The notes under the pieces: generated by a model
What the model saw: the letters and a program-made list of their open reading frames with translations, nothing else
Told to the model about the DNA's origin: nothing
Database searches by the model: none
DNA from: an uncultured Oscillospiraceae bacterium
GTDB lineage: Bacteria > Bacillota > Clostridia > Acetivibrionales > DTU013
Direction of reading: 5' to 3'
Length of the DNA stretch: 64,000 nt
Assembly: GCA_964512095.1 (NCBI GenBank)
Contig: CAZEIH010000010.1
Coordinates: 14,743-78,742, forward strand
Translations under genes and position numbers: made by a program
In this document: in pieces, positions 1 to 10,564 of the stretch
Layout: every line of letters begins with the position of its first letter
Position numbering within the stretch: the first letter of the stretch is position 1

Positions 1-477
1 CAATATAAGATCCGACGAGTTATTACCACCTATACTGTCTTGAGTTGCCTGTGGCTGCTCCTGATCAGGTTTCTGCTCCATGCTTCCACTGTTCTTGTTT
101 TTCAGTAGCTCTGACAGTGCATTTATTAGTTCTGTATTATCATTAGTGCCTTCCTGGCTGGTTTCAATAACCTTGGCATTGTATCCTTCCAGAGCGTCCA
201 GACATTTGAACAGCAGGTCGATGAGATCTGTGTCTACTTTGATTTCATTGCTTCTCAAAGCTTGCAGAACATCTTCCATATCATGTGTCAATCTGGACAT
301 CCTGGTATAGCCCATAGTGCCTGACATACCTTTGAGTGTGTGAGCTACTCTGAATATCTCATTGAGCACTGAAGTATCTTCAGGGTTCTTTTCCATTTGA
401 AGCAAACACTGGTTCAAACTTTGCAAATGCTCTTTGGTTTCTTCAATAAAAATTTCTAAGTATTGACTCATATCCAT
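1..477 (-). CDS. cheA: Chemotaxis histidine kinase CheA, N-terminal part (runs off the left edge)
   Basis: Manual translation from ATG at 477: MDMSQYLEIFIEETKEHLQSLNQ...NEIFRVAHTLKGMSGTMG (Hpt domain with phospho-His). Start overlaps the cheB stop (TAATG). Not in the supplied ORF track. Confidence 0.95.
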   Translation of the reverse strand, partial: MDMSQYLEIFIEETKEHLQSLNQCLLQMEKNPEDTSVLNEIFRVAHTLKGMSGTMGYTRMSRLTHDMEDVLQALRSNEIKVDTDLIDLLFKCLDALEGYNAKVIETSQEGTNDNTELINALSELLKNKNSGSMEQKPDQEQPQATQDSIGGNNSSDLIL

Positions 478-1541
478 TATTGCTCCACCCCCATATATTT
501 TACTATGACACCTGCTATTTCCTTAAGTGGAACTATGGCATCCACCGCACCTGTACTTACTGCCGACTTTGGCATTCCATATACTACACATGACAATTCA
601 TCCTGGCAAATAATTACTGCATTGTTGGCTTCCTTGATTTTTACGACTCCTTCCATACCATCACTTCCCATACCAGTCATAATAATCCCAATAACATTAG
701 GAAATCCTGTTTGTGCAATGGAATCCATCAGTGCATTAACTGCTGGTCTGTGGCCACTCATTGCCTTTTCCTTTGTAAGACGGATTTTCATAGTGTTATT
801 CTTGCTTTTTTCAACTACCATATGAAAATCTCCAGGAGCTATATAGGCAAAGCCCGGCTTGATGGTCTCTGCTTCCTCGCCCTCCTTAACAGTTAATCCA
901 CTAAGTGTGTTGAGCCTGTCAGCCAAGGACTTAGTGAATCCCGGAGGCATATGCTGAACAACGAGAACAGCCGCCGAAATATCCTCAGGTATATACGGTA
1001 TGACCTCCTGCAAAGCCCTGGGCCCCCCTGTAGATGTTCCAATAACAATTAAGGCCTTCAGCTTTCTTTTCTTACTCTTTCCACGGACCAGAGCCGTTTC
1101 CTTCTTTGCTGTATGCTTTTTGCTTCGCCTGTTTTGAAGGATATCGTAAGCCATCCTTATTTTTTCAAAAATCTCAGCCTTTTTCTCTTCTCCTGATATT
1201 TCAAATAGTCCTGTAGGTTTAGTAATAAAATCAATAGCACCCGATTCAAGGGCTTCTATAGTCAACTTGCCTCCATTTACAGTCATGCTGCTTAGCATTA
1301 TAACCGTGGCGTCGGTTATCTTCTGAATCTCTCTCAAGCAACTTAATCCATCCATAGAAGGCATATCTATGTCTAGTGTTATTACATCAGGCTTCATTTC
1401 TTTGACCCTATCAAGGGCTTCAAGTCCATTCCGGGCAGTGGCTACGACCTTAATATCCTTTGTACTGCCCATAATATCTGCCAACATTTTCCGCATAAAA
1501 GCTGAATCATCTACTACAAGGACTCCTATGGTTTTTGCCAT
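477..1541 (-). CDS. cheB: Chemotaxis response regulator / protein-glutamate methylesterase CheB
   Basis: Receiver domain (VVDDS...LDIDMP...KP) plus methylesterase motifs GTSTGGP, VQHMP, TGMGSDG. Confidence 0.97.
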   Translation of the reverse strand: MAKTIGVLVVDDSAFMRKMLADIMGSTKDIKVVATARNGLEALDRVKEMKPDVITLDIDMPSMDGLSCLREIQKITDATVIMLSSMTVNGGKLTIEALESGAIDFITKPTGLFEISGEEKKAEIFEKIRMAYDILQNRRSKKHTAKKETALVRGKSKKRKLKALIVIGTSTGGPRALQEVIPYIPEDISAAVLVVQHMPPGFTKSLADRLNTLSGLTVKEGEEAETIKPGFAYIAPGDFHMVVEKSKNNTMKIRLTKEKAMSGHRPAVNALMDSIAQTGFPNVIGIIMTGMGSDGMEGVVKIKEANNAVIICQDELSCVVYGMPKSAVSTGAVDAIVPLKEIAGVIVKYMGVEQ

Positions 1542-1544
1542 TGA

Positions 1545-2258
1545 CTAAATCATTCCTTTTTTAATTAGTTTGCGTTGTTCATTAAATATAAATCTAATTA
1601 CCTTTTCTCTATTATTGTCACTTATCTCTACAAACTCAATACCTGCCGAGTATTTGTATTTACTAACTTTTCTTATTCTTTCACATCTTACTAGCTTTCC
1701 TATAAAGCTTATCTTCCCAAACCTACCAGTAGAAATTTCGCAATTCATAAGGCTATCTATTTCAATCTTTTCGTTGAGGAGAAGATATATACCACCTCCG
1801 CTTAAATCAGTTGCCAGAGTCTTTTCATATGGCATATCGGTATACTCTTCATATGGTATCTCGGTATAAACTTGGTCAAAATATGAAATCACCCTGTATC
1901 GGACCTCTAAAAGCATATCAAGCCTGTAATAGTCACGCCTTTGTATCCGTACAATCTCTCCAAGCTTTTCTATAAACAGGACATGAAGATTATTTTCAAT
2001 ACCCCTTCCCCTGATTATAGCCCTGAATCTATTCAAATCCAGCAGTGTCTTTGTTCTCTTCAAAAAATATATCTCTATCAATGTACCGGTTTCTAGGGGA
2101 ACAATGTTCCCTTCATATATTGGAGCAGCAATAGCAGCTGTATCGTCTTCCTCAAGCCATTCAAGCTGACTTACATATACTCTTTTGTCATTTGAAGGCA
2201 AATAGTCTGCAACCTCAATTTCAAGCTTTGTACCTATTTCAACTTCTGACAATTTCAT
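1545..2258 (-). CDS. PilZ-domain flagellar brake protein (YcgR/MotI-like)
   Basis: QRRDYYR and DLSGGG c-di-GMP-binding motifs; position in the fla/che cluster. Confidence 0.88.
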   Translation of the reverse strand: MKLSEVEIGTKLEIEVADYLPSNDKRVYVSQLEWLEEDDTAAIAAPIYEGNIVPLETGTLIEIYFLKRTKTLLDLNRFRAIIRGRGIENNLHVLFIEKLGEIVRIQRRDYYRLDMLLEVRYRVISYFDQVYTEIPYEEYTDMPYEKTLATDLSGGGIYLLLNEKIEIDSLMNCEISTGRFGKISFIGKLVRCERIRKVSKYKYSAGIEFVEISDNNREKVIRFIFNEQRKLIKKGMI

Positions 2259-2280
2259 TAGCTTTTCCTCACTGATCTGA

Positions 2281-3192
2281 TTATGCCTTCATAAAGCTTA
2301 CCAGTCTGCTCAGGAAACCCCTAATCCCACTATTCTGATTCACTTCACCTGAACTGCCCCTTGGCATAAACTTTTCGGATATTTCCCTAATATTCTTTGC
2401 TGCCTGGCTTTTCGGGTACATTATTGAAAATGGTTGCTGCTGCTTAACAGCCTTTACAACTGACTCATCATGCAGTATGTACCCAGCAGGCTCCAGGCTA
2501 ATCCCTAAAAACTTTCCAGCTACAAGTACCAGCTTGTTAAGCACATCATTGGCTTCAGCGTTGCTTTCAGATTTATTCACAATAACGCTGATTTTCTTTT
2601 CCTTATCCCTGTTGGATACCATTTTAATCAGTGCATATGCATCAGTTATCGATGTTGGCTCCGGTGTTGTCACCAGTAACACCTCATCGGCTGCTACAAT
2701 AAAGCTCATCACATTCTCAGATAGTCCAGCCCCTGTGTCAATTATAATAATATCTGCAAGCTTATCAAGCATTGCCATGTTCTCAATGAATCTTGATATC
2801 TGCTGTTGGTCAAGCTTGATAAGATCCTCAACCCCTGAACCTCCAGAAATAAACTTGGTATTTCTGGGTCCATTCGTCAATATTTCAAGTATGTTTTTCT
2901 TGTTCTTTATAACATCCAACAACGTATACTGGGGTATAATCCCAAAAAGCACATCTATATTAGCTAGTCCAAAATCTGCATCAAGCATAATTACCCTTTG
3001 TTTCTGTTCACTTAGTGCTATAGCAAGGTTTATAGTTATGTTTGTCTTTCCTACCCCACCTTTTCCGCTAGTCACAGTAATGACCCTTGCAGATCGTTTC
3101 ACCGGTGCTACAGGCGTAAGCACCCTATTTGCAGCTTGTTTAAGTTTAAGGTTATCAATAACCTGCCTTAGTTTTTCCGCCTGATCCATCAT
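2281..3192 (-). CDS. flhG: MinD/ParA-family flagellar number regulator FlhG
   Basis: N-terminal DQAEKLR motif, deviant Walker A SGKGGVGKT, follows flhF. Confidence 0.95.
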   Translation of the reverse strand: MMDQAEKLRQVIDNLKLKQAANRVLTPVAPVKRSARVITVTSGKGGVGKTNITINLAIALSEQKQRVIMLDADFGLANIDVLFGIIPQYTLLDVIKNKKNILEILTNGPRNTKFISGGSGVEDLIKLDQQQISRFIENMAMLDKLADIIIIDTGAGLSENVMSFIVAADEVLLVTTPEPTSITDAYALIKMVSNRDKEKKISVIVNKSESNAEANDVLNKLVLVAGKFLGISLEPAGYILHDESVVKAVKQQQPFSIMYPKSQAAKNIREISEKFMPRGSSGEVNQNSGIRGFLSRLVSFMKA

Positions 3193-4373
3193 CTGGTGTA
3201 GCTCCCTATAAGATTCTTCGTTATCTTCTCGATATTAGCTGTTTCAATATCATCAGGCACGCTTTGTCCAGTCGTAATGTATGAAAGACTCTTTCCAGTC
3301 AGGTATCTCGCATTTAGAATAATTCCCTGAACCGGTGCTTCGTCTATTTTTGTGAAAATCAATTTGTAATCCTTCAAAAAACTATAGCTATTTAGGATTT
3401 CCCGGCAGTTTGTTATACTTGTCGTAGCGCTGAGAACAAGATAAATTTCATCTGCCTCCGTGGCTGCTATTAATGCCTTCAGCTCTTCAAATTGAGGTCT
3501 GTTCCTATGACTCCTGCCTGCTGTGTCTATCAATACCAAATCCTTATCAGAATTTTGTTTTATCGCTTCCTTTATTTCTAATGGTGTATATGCAACTGAC
3601 ACTGGTATCCCAAGTATCTCCGCATATGTCTTTAGCTGTTCCACTGCTGCAATTCGATAAGTATCTGCCGTAATCAAACCAACACTTTTTTTCTGGTTTA
3701 AAAGACAATTTGCAGCTATCTTTGCAAGGGTAGTGGTCTTTCCAACTCCAGTAGGTCCTACAAATATTACAATAGTCGGTTTGCCTTCTGTTCCTGGCCT
3801 GATGATGTCAGGCTTACCTAGCAAACCGGCTATGACACCTGATAATTGGGCTGCCATATCATTGACTCCTGCAGTCTTTCCTAGCCTTGTTGCAGCTAAA
3901 TCAGTCAGCTTTCTGGCAATACTCGCTTCAACTTCATTACCTAGAAGATTTTTATAAAATATTTCGATATTTCTGGAAAACTGATTGTCCTTCACCTCTT
4001 CGTTTTGCTTATAAGGGGTTTTATCATCATTTTTGACCTGAGAAAATAGCTTCTGAAGCATCCCTTCAATGTTGGTTATTTTATTCTCCAGATTAGCGAT
4101 TTTTTCCTCCTTTTCGTCAAAATTAGTTTTATCAGCAGTAAAGTTGCTATTTGACTGAATTAGCCTGGCTTTAGGTGCCTCATTTTCGTGCTTAGATTCG
4201 CTATACTCATCCACAGCAGCAAGGACTTCTACCAGTGGCTTTGAGAATAGGCCAATAAGACCCTTTTTCTTGACCCTTTTTGTATTAAGAATAAGAGCCT
4301 CGCTTCCCAAGTCCATTTTCACCTTCAATATTGCTTCCTGTGTATTCTTCGCAATGTAGCGGCGGATTTTCAT
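3189..4373 (-). CDS. flhF: Flagellar biosynthesis SRP-family GTPase FlhF
   Basis: MKIRRY...GSEALIL N-terminus, GPTGVGKTTT, DTYRIAA, DTAG, TKID. Confidence 0.96.
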   Translation of the reverse strand: MKIRRYIAKNTQEAILKVKMDLGSEALILNTKRVKKKGLIGLFSKPLVEVLAAVDEYSESKHENEAPKARLIQSNSNFTADKTNFDEKEEKIANLENKITNIEGMLQKLFSQVKNDDKTPYKQNEEVKDNQFSRNIEIFYKNLLGNEVEASIARKLTDLAATRLGKTAGVNDMAAQLSGVIAGLLGKPDIIRPGTEGKPTIVIFVGPTGVGKTTTLAKIAANCLLNQKKSVGLITADTYRIAAVEQLKTYAEILGIPVSVAYTPLEIKEAIKQNSDKDLVLIDTAGRSHRNRPQFEELKALIAATEADEIYLVLSATTSITNCREILNSYSFLKDYKLIFTKIDEAPVQGIILNARYLTGKSLSYITTGQSVPDDIETANIEKITKNLIGSYTR

Positions 4374-4463
4374 AGTACCCTCGCTTAAATTATTTAAATA
4401 AGCCTCAATTTATTTTATCATAAATATATGTCTTTTGCTATTTATGTATAAAAATCGACAAAC

Positions 4464-6488
4464 TCACACACTTACTACTCCTACCGACTGAATCTCCATC
4501 TCTGGGTCTAATTCATTATAGGACAAAACAACTAGCCCCGGTATCGATTGGTCCGCAAGCTTCTTAAAATAGAGTCTTACAACCGGCGATGCCAGTACAA
4601 TGGGCTGTTGTCCAAGCTGAACCAGCTTTTGTACCTGCCTCGATAAATTTCCCAGTATTGTATTGGTCATACTTGGATCCAGTGTAAGATATGAACCCGT
4701 CTCTGTTTTTTGCAGTGAATCCAAAAGTAGCTGTTCTAGCTTTGGGTCCAATGTTATTACACTAGATCTCTTCTCAGTAAAAAACTTTTTGGATATAGCT
4801 CTGCCCAAGGCTTGACGTACATATTCGGTTAGCATATCGGGATCATGGGTCACTGGTGAATAATCTGCCAAAGTCTCCAATATTGTAACCATATCCCTTA
4901 TTGAAACACCTTCCTTGAGAAGACTGGCCAATACCTTTTGAACCTCTCCCACTGTCATCAGCTTAGGTATCAGCTCATCAATAATAACTGGGTAGTTTTG
5001 TTTCACATTATCAAGGAGAACCTGGACCTCTTGCCTACCTGTGAGCTCATGTGCATACTTCTTTACAATTTCCGTCAGATGGGTTGCTATTATCGATGGC
5101 GAATCAACTACAGTATATCCCAGCATTTCAGCTCTATCTCTTTGCTGCTCTGTTATCCAGATGGCAGGCAGTCCAAAAGCTGGCTCAGTTGTTTTTATAC
5201 CATCAATTTCTTCTTCTACCAGGCCGGGATTCATAGCCATATAATTGTCAAGTATAAGCTCTCCACGAGCTACCTCAACTCCCTTTATTTTGATTTGATA
5301 TTCATTAGGCGCCAGCTGTATATTGTCACGCAGCCTAATTATAGGTACAATCATGCCCAGCTCTAACGCCAATTGCCTTCTTATCATAACAACTCTATCC
5401 AGCAGGTCGCCTCCCTGGTTTACATCTGCCAACGGTATGACTCCGTAACCAAACTCCAGTTCAATGGGATCTATCTGAAGTAGCGTGACCACATTTTCAG
5501 GCTTCCGTATTTCCTCTACCTCTATTTCCTCAACCTTGACATCTTCCTTCTTCTGGTCAGCAATCTGTTGCCTGGACATAGTAGATGCGATGAACGCAAG
5601 TACTGCAGCCATTAATAGGAATGGTATAGTGGGAAGGAAAAGAGAAAGGATTACACTCAGTGCAGAAGCCAAATAAAGAACCTTTGGGTTGCTAAATATC
5701 TGTTTAATAAAATCAGAGCTCAAATCGGACTCAGAAGCTGCTCTTGTAACAATAAAGCTGGTTGCTGTTGATATCATGAGGGCTGGTATCTGGCTCACAA
5801 GGCCGTCGCCTATTGTCAATATCGCATAGGTTGAAAGAGCTTCCTGAATAGTTTCGCCCCTTGAAACCATTCCCATTACTAAGCCGCCGATAATGTTCAA
5901 AACTGTGATGATAATACCCATTATGGCGTCGCTTTTTACAAACTTACTGGCACCATCCATAGCACCGTAAAAGTCTGCTTCCCGCTGTACCTTCTTACGT
6001 CTTTCCTTAGCTTCACTTTCGTTTATAAGACCCGAATTAAGATCAGCATCGATTGCCATCTGTTTTCCAGGCATTGCATCGAGGGTAAACCTCGCTGCCA
6101 CCTCAGCCACTCTTTCTGCACCTCTCGTTATTACAAGGAAATTAACAAGGGTTATTAGAATGAATATGATAAACCCGACAACCAGGTCATTTCCCCCAAC
6201 AAACCTTCCAAAACCGGCAATGACATCTCCTGCTTCACCCTGGCCAATTATCATCCTTGATGTGCTGACATTCAAGGCTAGCCTGAACATTGTCGTAAGG
6301 ACCAGCAAAGAAGGGAAAATTGACATCTGCAGAGCTTCTCTCATATAAACTGTATTGAGAAGAATAATAACAGATATCATAATATTGATTGCAAGCAAAA
6401 TATCAATTAATATCCCCGGCAAAGGTATTATAAATGCTAAAACTATTGCGATAACTATTACCGGTACCGTAACATCTCTGAATTTCAC
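4464..6488 (-). CDS. flhA: Flagellar export gate protein FlhA (likely GTG start at 6488; ORF track extends to 6524)
   Basis: RVAEVAARFTLDAMPGKQMAIDADL FHIPEP signature. Confidence 0.97.
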   Translation of the reverse strand: MKFRDVTVPVIVIAIVLAFIIPLPGILIDILLAINIMISVIILLNTVYMREALQMSIFPSLLVLTTMFRLALNVSTSRMIIGQGEAGDVIAGFGRFVGGNDLVVGFIIFILITLVNFLVITRGAERVAEVAARFTLDAMPGKQMAIDADLNSGLINESEAKERRKKVQREADFYGAMDGASKFVKSDAIMGIIITVLNIIGGLVMGMVSRGETIQEALSTYAILTIGDGLVSQIPALMISTATSFIVTRAASESDLSSDFIKQIFSNPKVLYLASALSVILSLFLPTIPFLLMAAVLAFIASTMSRQQIADQKKEDVKVEEIEVEEIRKPENVVTLLQIDPIELEFGYGVIPLADVNQGGDLLDRVVMIRRQLALELGMIVPIIRLRDNIQLAPNEYQIKIKGVEVARGELILDNYMAMNPGLVEEEIDGIKTTEPAFGLPAIWITEQQRDRAEMLGYTVVDSPSIIATHLTEIVKKYAHELTGRQEVQVLLDNVKQNYPVIIDELIPKLMTVGEVQKVLASLLKEGVSIRDMVTILETLADYSPVTHDPDMLTEYVRQALGRAISKKFFTEKRSSVITLDPKLEQLLLDSLQKTETGSYLTLDPSMTNTILGNLSRQVQKLVQLGQQPIVLASPVVRLYFKKLADQSIPGLVVLSYNELDPEMEIQSVGVVSV

Positions 6489-6533
6489 CCTCTTGTGGCC
6501 CCCTTTCTGTATTATTGTGAACAAACAAAATCA

Positions 6534-7643
6534 TCATCCTGCCACTGTTTTGCCCTTTAGGCTGTAAACAAAGGCAAGTACTTCAGCCACAGCCTGATAA
6601 AGCTCTTGTGGAATAGCCTGTCCAATCTCAACCGTGTCGAATATGGCCCTGGCTAGCGGTTTATTCTCCACTATCTCTACTTTGTTGTCCTTTGCAATTT
6701 CCTTTATCCTAATAGCTGTATAATCCTGGCCCTTTGCTAGTAAAACAGGAGCTTCGGCGGTCTGTGCATCATATTTTATTGCACATGCAAAGTGTGTAGG
6801 ATTTGTTATTATAACATCTGCCTTTGGAACCTCCTGCATCATCCTCCGCATAGACATTTGCCGCTGTTTCTGTTTAATCTTCGACTTAATTTCCGGATTT
6901 CCTTCAATTTGCTTATATTCTTCTTTAACCTCCTGCTTGGTCATTTTCATGTTCTTTTCAAATTCCCACCACTGGTAAGCAAAATCGAAGCCTCCTATAA
7001 CAACTAGCACCATACATATTCTGATAGCTAAATCCATAGTTGTAATGCCGATAAAGGACGCTATGCCCATAATATCCACATCCATAAGGCTTACTACTGT
7101 ATTAACCTTATTGTCTAAATAGGAATAGGTCACATACCCTATAGCCGCTACCTTCACTACAGCCTTTAGCAGTTCAACAATACCCCTCATTGAAAATAAT
7201 CTCTTCACACCGGAGATGGGGCTAATTCTGCTAAAGTTTGGCTTGAGGGTTTCAATGGTAAATAGAAAGCCCACTTGGGCATATCCGACTATCAGCCCCG
7301 TAAAAAGCCCTACCAGCAATATTGGTCCCACTGCTTTAAAAAAAACCAACAAACCGTCAGTGAAAACTCTCAGCAGTATATCCGGCATGTAGAGATTTTC
7401 TATTTGAGGATATTCTGTAAAAACCTTTACTGCAAAATCTGCTAGTTGCTTGTATATATTGCCTCCAAACAAACGCAGGGATATAAATATAAATAACAAA
7501 ACCAAGGTCGTTGATATTTCCCTGCTTTGAAAGACTTGACCCTTTTTTCGCGCCTCCCGCCTCTTTTTTGGGGTGGCTTTTTCTGTCTTATCCCCGCCTC
7601 CGGGTCCTTCAGCGAATAACTGGAGGTTTATCTTATAAATCAT
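6534..7643 (-). CDS. flhB: Flagellar export protein FlhB
   Basis: KTEKATPKKR N-terminus, TNPTH autocleavage motif. Confidence 0.97.
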   Translation of the reverse strand: MIYKINLQLFAEGPGGGDKTEKATPKKRREARKKGQVFQSREISTTLVLLFIFISLRLFGGNIYKQLADFAVKVFTEYPQIENLYMPDILLRVFTDGLLVFFKAVGPILLVGLFTGLIVGYAQVGFLFTIETLKPNFSRISPISGVKRLFSMRGIVELLKAVVKVAAIGYVTYSYLDNKVNTVVSLMDVDIMGIASFIGITTMDLAIRICMVLVVIGGFDFAYQWWEFEKNMKMTKQEVKEEYKQIEGNPEIKSKIKQKQRQMSMRRMMQEVPKADVIITNPTHFACAIKYDAQTAEAPVLLAKGQDYTAIRIKEIAKDNKVEIVENKPLARAIFDTVEIGQAIPQELYQAVAEVLAFVYSLKGKTVAG

Positions 7644-8428
7644 CCCGGATTAAGCTCCTTTATATAGTTGATTACACTTGTGCTCATAAGCTCAAAAACC
7701 ATTTGCATAACTGATATGAACATGGGTACTGTAATTACGATTACTATTAGCCCAATAATTATCTTCAGAGGCATACCTACCACAAATATATTCATCTGAG
7801 GCACCATCCTGGAAACTGTCCCCAGAGCTACATCCAGTATCAGTACTGTCGCCACAATGGGCGCAGCTATTTTGAAGCCTGTTGCCAAGACTGTTCCAAA
7901 GAGAATAAGGACACTATTGGATATTTCAGAGCTAAAAACAGCTGTCCCAAGAGGTAATGTTTCAAAGCTGTCAAAAAGAGCTTTAATCAACATGTGATGC
8001 CCATCCATTAAGAGGAACAGTAGCATACTGATAATAAAATAGATGTTTGATGTAATAGGCACTTGAATATTACTCATAGGATCCATAACATTAACAACAC
8101 CAAAGCCTATCTGCATATCAATAATTTCACCTGCTATATATATGGCTGTATAAGCAAGGTATGCCACATATCCCATTGAAAGCCCGATGAGGAACTCCTT
8201 CATTATAAGCAGAGCATAACCTAACAGATTATCATCATATTGTGCAGCTTGTAAAGCTGTCGTATTGACAAGGATCAATGAAATAAAAAAAGAAAAACCG
8301 ATCTTGAAGTAGGTTGGCATATTTCTTCTTCCAAAAATCGGTGCTACGACAAAAAGACCAGTCATTCTAACAAAGACCAGCAGAAATACTTCAAAGCCAT
8401 TTATAACTAAACCTGCCGGTATTTGCAC
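7640..8428 (-). CDS. fliR: Flagellar export protein FliR
   Basis: VRMTGLFVVAPIF, GEIIDMQIGF, PQMNIFVVGMPLK. Confidence 0.95.
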   Translation of the reverse strand: MQIPAGLVINGFEVFLLVFVRMTGLFVVAPIFGRRNMPTYFKIGFSFFISLILVNTTALQAAQYDDNLLGYALLIMKEFLIGLSMGYVAYLAYTAIYIAGEIIDMQIGFGVVNVMDPMSNIQVPITSNIYFIISMLLFLLMDGHHMLIKALFDSFETLPLGTAVFSSEISNSVLILFGTVLATGFKIAAPIVATVLILDVALGTVSRMVPQMNIFVVGMPLKIIIGLIVIVITVPMFISVMQMVFELMSTSVINYIKELNPG

Positions 8429-8458
8429 ACATTTAACCTCCTGTAAATAAAGTCAACC

Positions 8459-8728
8459 TTACCTGATTAATTGCAATATACTCTCATACAAGCCTTCTGT
8501 ATATTCTATCAGCATGGTAAGCATCCACGAGCCTAGAACAGCAACTGTCAAAATTACCGTCAATATCTTTGGTATAAAAGACAAAGTCGCCTCCTGTATC
8601 TGGGTAGTAGCTTGGAATACGCTTACAGCCAAACCCACAATTAAGCTGACTAAAAGCAGTGGACCTGAAACATATATAACTGTCAACAAAGCATTCTGCG
8701 CTATACTTACTACTGTATCCTGATCCAT
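8459..8728 (-). CDS. fliQ: Flagellar export protein FliQ
   Basis: 89 aa, FQATTQIQEATLSFIPK. Confidence 0.96.
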   Translation of the reverse strand: MDQDTVVSIAQNALLTVIYVSGPLLLVSLIVGLAVSVFQATTQIQEATLSFIPKILTVILTVAVLGSWMLTMLIEYTEGLYESILQLIR

Positions 8729-8772
8729 CCTCTACCTCCTGTCAACGATCTTACAGCATAAATTATGCCTGG

Positions 8773-9558
8773 CTATGTTATGAACGACATAACTAAAGTT
8801 TTAGAAACTAGATTCCAACCACCAACCATTATAAACAGCAATATTTTAAATGGCAGCGATATCATTATGGGAGGGAGCATCATCATGCCCATAGACATTA
8901 ATGTACTTGCCACAACCATATCTATTATGAGAAAGGGTATATAAATGAGGAAGCCTATTTTAAAGGCAATAGTTAATTCATTAATAATAAATGCCGGTAT
9001 AACAACTGTCAGAGGCAGATCCATAGGATCTGCAACAGGAGTTTCAATTTTTGCCAGATTAACAAAAAACGCAAGATCCTTTTCGTTGTCACCAAATTGC
9101 TTGAGCATAAAGCCCTTAATAGCTCGAGAAGAATTATCAAGAGCCTGTTCCTGAGATATTTCCTCTCTGTTAAAGGGTTCATATGCCTGTGTGTTAATGT
9201 CACTGATAACAGGTGTCATAATAAAAAGGGACAAAAATAAAGCAAGCCCAATCAGAACCTGATTAGGTGGCATCTGCTGTGTGCCTAGAGCATTTCGTAG
9301 AAATGATAGAACAATTATTATTCTTGTAAAGGAGGTCATCATAATGATGATAGATGGTGCCAGGGCTAAAACGGTCAGCAAAAGTAATATTTGGATGCTG
9401 GAAGAAACCTCCTGAGGAGTAGATGCCTGCTCTACATCGAACCCAAACTTAAATGGAAAGATGGGCTCCGCAAAGACATCTGAACTCATAAAAGTCATTA
9501 TAGATAATATAACTGCGATTTTTAAACCTCTCAGCCTACTTATCATTTGTAACTTCAA
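8773..9558 (-). CDS. fliP: Flagellar export protein FliP
   Basis: MTSFTRIIIVL...PPNQVL, GMMMLPP...LPFK. Confidence 0.96.
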   Translation of the reverse strand: MKLQMISRLRGLKIAVILSIMTFMSSDVFAEPIFPFKFGFDVEQASTPQEVSSSIQILLLLTVLALAPSIIIMMTSFTRIIIVLSFLRNALGTQQMPPNQVLIGLALFLSLFIMTPVISDINTQAYEPFNREEISQEQALDNSSRAIKGFMLKQFGDNEKDLAFFVNLAKIETPVADPMDLPLTVVIPAFIINELTIAFKIGFLIYIPFLIIDMVVASTLMSMGMMMLPPIMISLPFKILLFIMVGGWNLVSKTLVMSFIT

Positions 9559-10045
9559 CCCCGTCTTTTTTGACCTCTTTGTGTTTATTACTATTAATAA
9601 TAGTTTTTAATCTTTCCAGGTTTGTCTTAAATCCGTCTCCGTTGACCTGATTAGAAGTACCCTCATTATTTATCGGAGACGACCTTTGTTTTTTTGCTCT
9701 ATACATACCGCTGTATTTTTCTAGAATAGCCTTAAAATCAAAGCGGTTGTCCATATTCTCAGAACTATCTTCGATAGCCTCAGACTCATCCATTTCAACG
9801 GTTGACATAAATTCTACAGATTTGGATGTTGATGCAATAAGCACATAGCTGTTTCCGGCCTTTACTAGGTGCAGTTTTTTATCAGGTCCAAGCATTACTG
9901 TTTCCATAACACTGATGTTTTTGCCCCTCATTGTCTTATTCTGCTTTTGAGCGATATATCTGGTAGTAACATATGTTAAAAAAAGTATCACCAAAAACCC
10001 TATCAGTAACAGAACAATTTTTAGGATGTTATCTATATCTGGCAT
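9536..10045 (-). CDS. fliO: Flagellar biosynthesis protein FliO/FliZ
   Basis: Single N-terminal TM segment, LGPDKKLHLVKAG, located between cheY and fliP. Confidence 0.85.
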   Translation of the reverse strand: MPDIDNILKIVLLLIGFLVILFLTYVTTRYIAQKQNKTMRGKNISVMETVMLGPDKKLHLVKAGNSYVLIASTSKSVEFMSTVEMDESEAIEDSSENMDNRFDFKAILEKYSGMYRAKKQRSSPINNEGTSNQVNGDGFKTNLERLKTIINSNKHKEVKKDGVEVTNDK

Positions 10046-10108
10046 CGCTATCCCCCAGTTTACAAGCAGGCTTTAAGTTGTTTCACTGGCAAAGTCCGGT
10101 ATACATCG

Positions 10109-10471
10109 TCAACCCAATACCTTTTTGACAGCCTCTATTACTCTCTCTGCCTGAAAGGGCTTAACAATGAAATCCCTTGCTCCAGCCTGTATTGACTCAA
10201 TTACCATTGCCTGTTGACCCATAGCAGAGCACATTATTACTTGGGAATCGGAATTCAGCTTGCGGATCTCTTTGACTGCCTGTATACCATCTACTTCAGG
10301 CATGGTTATATCCATAATTACCAGATCAGGTGACAACTCCTTGTACTTTTCGATAGCACGACCTCCATGTTCGGCTTCTCCAACTACTTCGTAGCCGTTC
10401 TTGGTCAAAATGTCTTTGATCATCATTCTCATAAATGCTGCGTCATCAACAATCAAGATCTTTTTTCCCAT
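10109..10471 (-). CDS. cheY: Chemotaxis response regulator CheY
   Basis: Stand-alone receiver: VDDAAFMRMMIK, MDITMP, KPF. Confidence 0.95.
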   Translation of the reverse strand: MGKKILIVDDAAFMRMMIKDILTKNGYEVVGEAEHGGRAIEKYKELSPDLVIMDITMPEVDGIQAVKEIRKLNSDSQVIMCSAMGQQAMVIESIQAGARDFIVKPFQAERVIEAVKKVLG

Positions 10472-10564
10472 AATCCTCTCCCCTTATTGTGTGTGTGTAT
10501 TAAGTATTGAGCCATTTAGTTTATGTTAACATTTCACAGCCATATAATCAAGTTGCATTTTTAT